Source of the DNA: Campylobacterales bacterium
GTDB lineage: Bacteria > Campylobacterota > Campylobacteria > Campylobacterales > QNZT01
Direction of reading: 5' to 3'
DNA length: 52,491 nt
Assembly (NCBI GenBank): GCA_027084135.1
Contig: JALWLO010000143.1
Coordinates: 24,523-77,013 of the forward strand
In this document: positions 46,937-52,491 of the stretch, piece after piece
Position numbering within the stretch: position 1 is the first letter of the stretch
Layout of the letters: each line of letters starts with the position of its first letter
Notes under the pieces: generated by a model
Seen by the model: the letters and a program-made list of their open reading frames with translations, nothing else
Told to the model about the DNA's origin: nothing
The model's database searches: none
Translations under genes and position numbers: made by a program

Positions 46937-48387
46937 TACCCCTTAAACCCGACGCAGTGAAAGAGATAGTAGGTTCTATTGAAATCGCTATATAACGGCA
47001 CGACCACTTTTCCTACCTTTCCCACCTTCTCAAAGTACGGTAAAAGATCGCCCATCTCATCCAAAGTGCGAAAGAGTAGAAAATCCTCACCCTTTTTCTC
47101 ATTTAAGTCTCTATCCATATGGTATTGATTCTCCATCTCATGGCGGGGATTGAATATATATGTCTTAGTACTAAGGTAATAATCCGCCTCAGCCACATCG
47201 GCTCTTCTTGTAGCTAAAAGTGTAGTATTTGGATATCTCTCTCTCCATATATCGCCGATCTGATGAAGAGCATCTCTCCAGCCAAGCACCCTTTTATAGG
47301 GGTCACTTTTTCTAGTCAGCTCTATATGAAGGGCGTCAGCTATCTGATGGTAGTTATAAAAAACGACGCCAAGCAGAGTGTGCAAAAGGATAGAGAGCCA
47401 AACCAGCCACACTTTGCCCTTTAGTACCAAATAGGCAACGACCAAGATAGTAGCGGCGATATAGGTCGGTGCCGCCCAGTTGGCAAACGAGCGGCTAAGG
47501 AAGCTTAGCACCATGATAAACCCAAGCATCACAATCGCAAACAAAAAGAGTATCAACCCCCTCTCATCCCTTAAAAACTCCCTATCTCTCAAAAGGATAT
47601 ACCAAAAAGCCCCAAACAAAATAGGTCCAAAGACTATAAACTGCGCTCCGAAAAACTCAAAAAATTTATTTGGATGTAGCCAGCTATCCTCTATGTGCGA
47701 AATCTGCTTGGTATGGACAAAAGAGATAAAGTCATTGTTGTAATTCCACCAGAGATTTGGCAAAAAGAGCACAAAAGCTATCAAGATAGCGGTGTAGAGT
47801 TTCGTGCTTCTAAAATAGAGGCGATATTTTGGCATGAGTACTAAGGTTAGTACGACGCTTACCAAAAAGAGTATAAAGTTATATTTACTCAAAAGCCCGA
47901 AGCCCGAAGCCACTCCCGCAAATATCCAATCCGACCATCTATCATACCGAATCGCTCTGATAAAGAAGTAAAAAGCCGCCGACCAAAAGAGCAACAAAAC
48001 GGTATCGGTTGAGATGATCATACTCGAGAGCCAAACAGACGGCAGGGTAAAAAATGTGAGAGCCGAATAGAAGGCAACTCTCGGGTTAAAGAGCTCTTTG
48101 GCAATGAGATAGATAAAGAGTGTCGTGATGGGGTATGTAAGCTCTGCCCCAAGCTTAATAGCAAAGATGGAATCTCCGAATAGTTTGGTCGTAAGAGCTA
48201 TCAAGAGTGAGAGCATCGGGGGTTTTGAGTAGTAGCCCAAATCCAGATGCTTCGCCCAGTTGTAGTAGTAGGCTTCGTCAAAGTAGAGATCACTCTTCAT
48301 ATCGCCAAGAACCAAGAGTCTATAAAGCCAGATGATAGCCACGACCATAAAGAGTAGCGTTCCCCACTCCCCCTCTCTAATCCGCAT
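46933..48387 (-). CDS. ArnT/PMT-like (GT39/GT83) membrane glycosyltransferase, copy 2
   Basis: The 484 aa product is polytopic. It has the N-terminal motif YFDEAYYYNWAKHLDLGYYSKPPM. Confidence 0.8.
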   Translation of the reverse strand: MRIREGEWGTLLFMVVAIIWLYRLLVLGDMKSDLYFDEAYYYNWAKHLDLGYYSKPPMLSLLIALTTKLFGDSIFAIKLGAELTYPITTLFIYLIAKELFNPRVAFYSALTFFTLPSVWLSSMIISTDTVLLLFWSAAFYFFIRAIRYDRWSDWIFAGVASGFGLLSKYNFILFLVSVVLTLVLMPKYRLYFRSTKLYTAILIAFVLFLPNLWWNYNNDFISFVHTKQISHIEDSWLHPNKFFEFFGAQFIVFGPILFGAFWYILLRDREFLRDERGLILFLFAIVMLGFIMVLSFLSRSFANWAAPTYIAATILVVAYLVLKGKVWLVWLSILLHTLLGVVFYNYHQIADALHIELTRKSDPYKRVLGWRDALHQIGDIWRERYPNTTLLATRRADVAEADYYLSTKTYIFNPRHEMENQYHMDRDLNEKKGEDFLLFRTLDEMGDLLPYFEKVGKVGKVVVPLYSDFNRTYYLFHCVGFKGY

Positions 48388-49297
48388 CTTTGCCTTCCTC
48401 TTTTAAAAGTTTTGCCCAAAGATATGTCAAAGCTTCACCTGCAATAGTGATCAGCCTATAGATAATAGCCGCAGCTAGTACTAGCTCCTCTCTTATACCC
48501 GCCATTCCCGGTATCAATAGGATATAGATACTCTCTCTCACTCCAAGACCACCCGGAGCTCCCGGCAATACAAATCCAAACAGCCAAGCGATAAGGGCGA
48601 TAAAGAGCATCTCAAAAAATTGCGTCGTATCCATCTCCACCGACAAAAAGAGTTTAAATACGAAAACAAAGAGTGAGGCAGATATGAGCAAAAAGATCGT
48701 GTGATAAAGTAGTACTAAGAGTATCGTACCCGGATCGAAATGCTTTTTTAGCCCAAATCTACCCCTTCCAAAATATAAAATTGCTCCGACTGTTGCTATC
48801 ATTGAGAGAAACAGCGCTACCAAAACGCTATTTGCAATCTCAAATCCAAAGAGTGAAAAGCTAAAATTGACAAAAAAAGTACCTACAAATAGCAAAAGCA
48901 GGGCACTAAAGAGCATGATAAAAACTTCAAGTGTGTTTGAGAGTAGGATATTTTTATGAGTTGTATGCTCTTTATCTATCAAAGCGTGTCTGCCGAGAAA
49001 GTGAAAAACATTTCCGGGAAGATACTTAAAGATCACACTTGTGAGATAGGCACTAAAGACATCTCTCTTGAAAGGCTTTTTTGAGAGCATCTCAAGCAGA
49101 CGCTTCCACGAGTATGCTAAAAAAAAGTAACTGAGTGAAAATATCAAAGAGAACAGTATAAACTTAACGATCCAGCTAGTGTCATAGCGTTCAACCACTC
49201 TTGTAAAGTCAAGCTTTGTGACAAGATAGGCTAAAAAGATAAAGGATAGAAGGACAGCGCCCCTACCGAAATAGCTTGCTAACTCTCTAATCGCCAT
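48377..49297 (-). CDS. UPF0104 / lysyl-PG-synthase-TM-like flippase-type membrane protein
   Basis: The 306 aa product has about 8 TM segments and the [11 protein letters not shown] motif typical of this family. The function is inferred from context. Confidence 0.5.
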   Translation of the reverse strand: MAIRELASYFGRGAVLLSFIFLAYLVTKLDFTRVVERYDTSWIVKFILFSLIFSLSYFFLAYSWKRLLEMLSKKPFKRDVFSAYLTSVIFKYLPGNVFHFLGRHALIDKEHTTHKNILLSNTLEVFIMLFSALLLLFVGTFFVNFSFSLFGFEIANSVLVALFLSMIATVGAILYFGRGRFGLKKHFDPGTILLVLLYHTIFLLISASLFVFVFKLFLSVEMDTTQFFEMLFIALIAWLFGFVLPGAPGGLGVRESIYILLIPGMAGIREELVLAAAIIYRLITIAGEALTYLWAKLLKEEGKDAD

Positions 49298-50279
49298 TGA
49301 AGTATAAGAGTGCGGAGCCCCAAGTTAAACCGCCGCCGAATGTATCAAGAAGCAGGAGGTCGCCGTTTTTTATCTTTCCATCTTCGTACCAATTATTTAG
49401 TGCCATCGGTATAGAAGCGGCAGAGGTGTTTCCATACTTTTCAACCGTTAGTACCACTCTATCTTCACTCATACCCAACTTTTTCGCCACCGCACTGATG
49501 ATCCTATAGTTTGCTTGGTGAGGTACAAACCAATCTATATCTTCACTTTTGATATCGTTATTTTTCAATATCTCAAAAACATCTTGCGTCAATGTATTGA
49601 CTGCCAGTTTAAAGGTCTCATTTCCTTTCATTTTAAGATATTGTAATCCATTTTTTAAAACATCTTTAGAACAAGGATTTCTACTACCACACGCTTCAGT
49701 CACCAAAAAGTCTTGATACTCTCCATCGCTTGATGATTTCACATCCAAGATGGATCTGCTTTTATCATCCGTCGCACCTATGATAGCAGCTCCGGCACCG
49801 TCTCCAAATAGCACACAAGTCGTTCTATCGTTATAGTCGACGATGGAGCTCATCTTCTCCGCACCGATAATCAGCACATGTTTTCGCATACCGGACTCTA
49901 TCATCGATTTGGCGATATTGAGTGCATATACAAAACCGCTACACGCCGCACTGATATCGAAAGCCATCGCACCCTTTATACCAAGCTTATCTGCCACTAC
50001 ACAGGCGGTTGATGGCATACAGAAGTAGTCCGGAGTGATCGTAGCGCATATAATCGCGTCCACTTCATCTCTTGAGATACCGGCTCTATCGATGGCGACC
50101 TTTGCGGCTTCATACGCCATATCGCTTGTGTATTCGTCATCTCTTGCTAGATACCTGCTCTTTATACCGGTTCTCTGCACGATCCACTCGTCACTCGTAT
50201 CGACCATCTTTTCAAGATCGCTGTTGGTGAGTTTTTTCGAGGGGATATATGCACCTATCGATTTCAGTGACGCAAACAA
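49287..50279 (-). CDS. fabH: 3-oxoacyl-ACP synthase III
   Basis: The 330 aa product has the active-site [10 protein letters not shown], plus HQANYRI and GNTSAASIP. It has a TTG start after AAGGAAGAG. Confidence 0.92.
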   Translation of the reverse strand: MFASLKSIGAYIPSKKLTNSDLEKMVDTSDEWIVQRTGIKSRYLARDDEYTSDMAYEAAKVAIDRAGISRDEVDAIICATITPDYFCMPSTACVVADKLGIKGAMAFDISAACSGFVYALNIAKSMIESGMRKHVLIIGAEKMSSIVDYNDRTTCVLFGDGAGAAIIGATDDKSRSILDVKSSSDGEYQDFLVTEACGSRNPCSKDVLKNGLQYLKMKGNETFKLAVNTLTQDVFEILKNNDIKSEDIDWFVPHQANYRIISAVAKKLGMSEDRVVLTVEKYGNTSAASIPMALNNWYEDGKIKNGDLLLLDTFGGGLTWGSALLYFNGD

Positions 50280-50291
50280 AGCTCTTCCTTA

Positions 50292-51287
50292 CTATTTTGA
50301 ATATTTTACTATATTTTTCGTTATATCACTATTGATATCTGACTCAACAAAGTTGATCGCTTGATAGATTGCGTTTTTGATAGCTTTTGGATTGCTTTTA
50401 CCGTGACATATGATCGCGCATCCATCTATCCCGATAAGCGGAGCGCCGCCATACTCGGCATAATCCATCTGTTTCTTTAAAAGTTTAAAGACTCTTCTCA
50501 TCAGTAGTGCGCCAGTGAGGGCTGTCGGAGATTTTTTGATATTTTGTTTGATCATCTTAGAGATAGAGCTTGCAACACCCTCACTCGCCTTTAGTACGAT
50601 ATTACCGGTAAATCCATCGCATACGATCACATCGACACTTCCGTTAAAGATATCGCTTCCCTCTACATTGCCGACAAATGAGGGAAGCGCTTTGAGAAGT
50701 TTAAAAGCCTCTTTGGTAAGTTCGTTACCTTTTCCCTCCTCTTCGCCGTTTGCAAGAAGCCCTACTCTGATATTCTCTTTTTTGAGTACATCCTTGAGGT
50801 ATGCTTCTCCCATGATAGCAAATTGAAAGAGATGCTCGGGTTTGCAGTCGGTATTTGCACCCACATCTAGTACTAAGCTATTTGCACCCGTTTGAGTCGG
50901 CATGAGTGTCGCGATGGCGGGTCTAAGCACCCCTTCAACTCTACCTATGCGAAGTGTTGCCAGACTCATGGTCGCACCGCTATGACCGGCACTCACAACT
51001 GCGTCAGCTTCACCGTTTCTCACAAGATCGACCGCTTTGTATATCGTTGAGTTTTTTCTTTTTAATACTTCAGTAGCGCTCTCATCCATCCCAAATAGAT
51101 CATCGCACTCTACGATATCGATATATTTGGCAACTCTCTTTGGTATACGATGGGCAAATGTCGACTCTTTGCCGACAAGTATAGCGTTAAACTTCTCTTT
51201 TCTCTTTTTCAGCGCGTGGACTACACCGTCAACAATCGGAAGAGGACCAAAGTCCCCACCCATTGCATCTACTGCTATTTTTTTCAT
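50292..51287 (-). CDS. plsX: phosphate acyltransferase PlsX
   Basis: The 331 aa product contains [12 protein letters not shown] and GFTGNIVLK. Confidence 0.92.
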   Translation of the reverse strand: MKKIAVDAMGGDFGPLPIVDGVVHALKKRKEKFNAILVGKESTFAHRIPKRVAKYIDIVECDDLFGMDESATEVLKRKNSTIYKAVDLVRNGEADAVVSAGHSGATMSLATLRIGRVEGVLRPAIATLMPTQTGANSLVLDVGANTDCKPEHLFQFAIMGEAYLKDVLKKENIRVGLLANGEEEGKGNELTKEAFKLLKALPSFVGNVEGSDIFNGSVDVIVCDGFTGNIVLKASEGVASSISKMIKQNIKKSPTALTGALLMRRVFKLLKKQMDYAEYGGAPLIGIDGCAIICHGKSNPKAIKNAIYQAINFVESDINSDITKNIVKYSK

Positions 51288-51292
51288 ATAAA

Positions 51293-51451
51293 CTACTTCT
51301 TATCTCCGTACTCACCTGTAGTCATATTCATTCTATGAGGCATTCTCCATGTACCGTCAGCCTCTTTGATAGGTCTCGGCAAAGAGAGCTTGTAGTGTGT
51401 TCTTCTCTTTGCCGCTCTTGTTTTACTCACTCTTCGCTTTGGAACTGCCAT
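51293..51451 (-). CDS. rpmF: 50S ribosomal protein L32
   Basis: This gene is below the ORF-track size cutoff. Hand translation gives [52 protein letters not shown]. It sits in the expected position between yceD and plsX. Confidence 0.9.
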   Translation of the reverse strand: MAVPKRRVSKTRAAKRRTHYKLSLPRPIKEADGTWRMPHRMNMTTGEYGDKK

Positions 51452-51454
51452 CTT

Positions 51455-51805
51455 TTACTCCTTCATTTCTTTACATTTATTACAGTAGTGATAATCACTC
51501 TTATATGAGCTTATCTCACTATCAAAAATATAGTCAAGATCCATAAATCCTCCATGCATCTCGACGATATCTATCTCATCTCCCCGGTAAAAGCCGTCAA
51601 TCACTCTGAGAGAGAGATCATCATCAACACTTTGACGATACTCATCTCCACAGCTATCACAGGTGGTCTCAAATGAGCCTTTGATACTCATCTTAAGCTC
51701 TACGGCTCCCCCACTCTCTCTAAAAGTGCCGCTACACTCCATCTCATCTCTATTGAGTGAAAAGGGTGTTGCGGTTTTGGGTACCTTTCTAAAAGCTATT
51801 TTCAT
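51455..51805 (-). CDS. DUF177 / YceD family protein
   Basis: The product has the Cys pairs CDSCGDEY and YHYCNKCK, and the conserved position upstream of rpmF. I chose the ATG at 51805. The track uses TTG 51832, which overlaps ndk. Confidence 0.75.
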   Translation of the reverse strand: MKIAFRKVPKTATPFSLNRDEMECSGTFRESGGAVELKMSIKGSFETTCDSCGDEYRQSVDDDLSLRVIDGFYRGDEIDIVEMHGGFMDLDYIFDSEISSYKSDYHYCNKCKEMKE

Positions 51806-51818
51806 TATTTTAAACTGT

Positions 51819-52232
51819 TTATAATACCTCAATATCGCTAAAGAAATACTTTATCTCTCTCTTCGCACTCTCCGGTGAATCGCTACCGTGAACCGCATTT
51901 GCGTCGATGCTCTCGGCAAAGTCAGCTCTGATCGTTCCCGGAGCCGCCTCTTTCGGATTTGTAGCACCCATGAGCTCTCTATTTTTAGCGATGGCATCTT
52001 CACCCTCAAGCACCATCACGACAACCGGTCCACTTGTCATAAACTCAACAAGATCCTTAAAAAAAGGTCTCTCTTTATGCTCCGCATAAAATCCACCTGC
52101 CGTCTCTTCATCTAGCTTTATCTTTTTCATTGCGGCTATTCTTAACCCGTTTGACTCAAATCTATCGATGATTTTTCCTATGACACCTTTGCTAACCGCA
52201 TCAGGTTTTATGATAGAAAGTGTTTGTTGCAT
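51819..52232 (-). CDS. ndk: nucleoside diphosphate kinase
   Basis: The product contains [13 protein letters not shown] and the active site NAVHGSDS. I chose the ATG at 52232, after GGAGAG. Confidence 0.92.
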   Translation of the reverse strand: MQQTLSIIKPDAVSKGVIGKIIDRFESNGLRIAAMKKIKLDEETAGGFYAEHKERPFFKDLVEFMTSGPVVVMVLEGEDAIAKNRELMGATNPKEAAPGTIRADFAESIDANAVHGSDSPESAKREIKYFFSDIEVL

Positions 52233-52320
52233 ATCGCTCTCCAATTGAAAAAATTATTATAAAGGCGGTGGAGTATATCAAAATAAAGATATAACGAAGT
52301 TTAAATCGGGAAAATAAGCA

Positions 52321-52348
52321 GAAAAACCAAAGGGATATACCCTTTGGT
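52321..52348 (-). terminator. rho-independent terminator after the ferredoxin gene
   Basis: ACCAAAGGG (52326-52334) pairs with CCCTTTGGT (52340-52348) and is followed on the minus strand by TTTTT. Confidence 0.7.
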
Positions 52349-52354
52349 AACAGA

Positions 52355-52491
52355 TTAGTCTTCGACTACCGGAGTACCAGGCTCACCTCTGTTTTCACTA
52401 AGAGTTTGTCCATCTTGCGGCTCATCCCAAACGATACAACCTTCAGTCGGGCAAGCTTCAGCACAAGCTGGAGTATCGAAGTGACCTACGC
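52355..52491 (-). CDS. 4Fe-4S ferredoxin-like protein, 5' end outside window
   Basis: Hand translation gives ..VGHFDTPACAEACPTEGCIVWDEPQDGQTLSENRGEPGTPVVED*. The CxxxCP motif is present. Only the C-terminal 45 aa lie in the window. Confidence 0.5.
   Translation of the reverse strand, partial: VGHFDTPACAEACPTEGCIVWDEPQDGQTLSENRGEPGTPVVED

Noticed and set aside
170-50876. TTAGTACTAA copies as a CRISPR-like array, REP/MITE element or IS terminal repeats.
   Set aside because: Spacing is irregular, from 2 nt to more than 5 kb. Most copies are inside intact coding frames. The sequence flanking the 10-mer is not conserved between copies. No transposase, integrase or cas gene is present in the window.
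170-50876. TTAGTACTAA abundance explained simply by frequent Leu-Val-Leu in membrane proteins.
   Set aside because: Seven copies are non-coding or at stop codons, and four are read as Ser-Thr in another frame. Copies also occur in soluble proteins (BirA, Pgi, SufD, SufE, PlsX). Some other LVL tripeptides in the window use different codons, for example near 44630. Codon usage cannot be fully excluded without a proteome-wide count, which is listed as a check.

Overview
This is a 52.5 kb chromosomal segment that looks like a Campylobacterota (epsilonproteobacterial) genome. The evidence is two gene orders typical of Campylobacter and Helicobacter: birA-fmt-proB-obg...rplU, and ndk-yceD-rpmF-plsX-fabH. 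Coding density is high and most genes lie on the minus strand.

Housekeeping genes:
- birA (partial), fmt, proB, obg, rplU, ridA, dapE, purT, an aspartate aminotransferase and rpsU.
- sufBCD-sufE-sufT, trxA, fabH, plsX, rpmF, ndk and a partial ferredoxin.

Accessory blocks:
1. A 6.3 kb AT-rich surface-polysaccharide island sits where rpmA is normally found, between rplU and obg.
2. A 7-gene operon appears to synthesise and recycle the compatible solute glucosylglycerate. It runs dapE-pgi-phosphatase-glycerate kinase-GpgS-like-sucrose phosphorylase-like-galU.
3. A hipA-like kinase with a downstream HTH gene lies between orphan secreted proteins.
4. A YgiB/YgiC-like pair is followed by a 785 aa lipoprotein.
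5. There is a tandem hsp20 pair.
6. There is an EmrA/EmrB/TolC-type efflux operon.
7. A vapBC cassette lies next to a decayed duplicate of the neighbouring gene's 3' end.
8. A tightly coupled envelope-lipid remodelling module is fused downstream of plsX-fabH. It has 1 ArnC-like GT2, 2 ArnT-like GTs, 2 PAP2 phosphatases and a flippase-like protein.

The most striking signal is not a gene. The 10-bp palindrome TTAGTACTAA occurs 17 times exactly, and its 8-bp core TAGTACTA occurs 30 times. That is roughly 20- to 100-fold above a composition-based expectation. Copies appear only in stop-free reading frames, at stop codons, or as hairpin-forming pairs between genes. This pattern resembles DNA uptake sequences.

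I found no rRNA, tRNA, CRISPR array, transposase or integrase. All coordinates were indexed by hand and no database search was possible.
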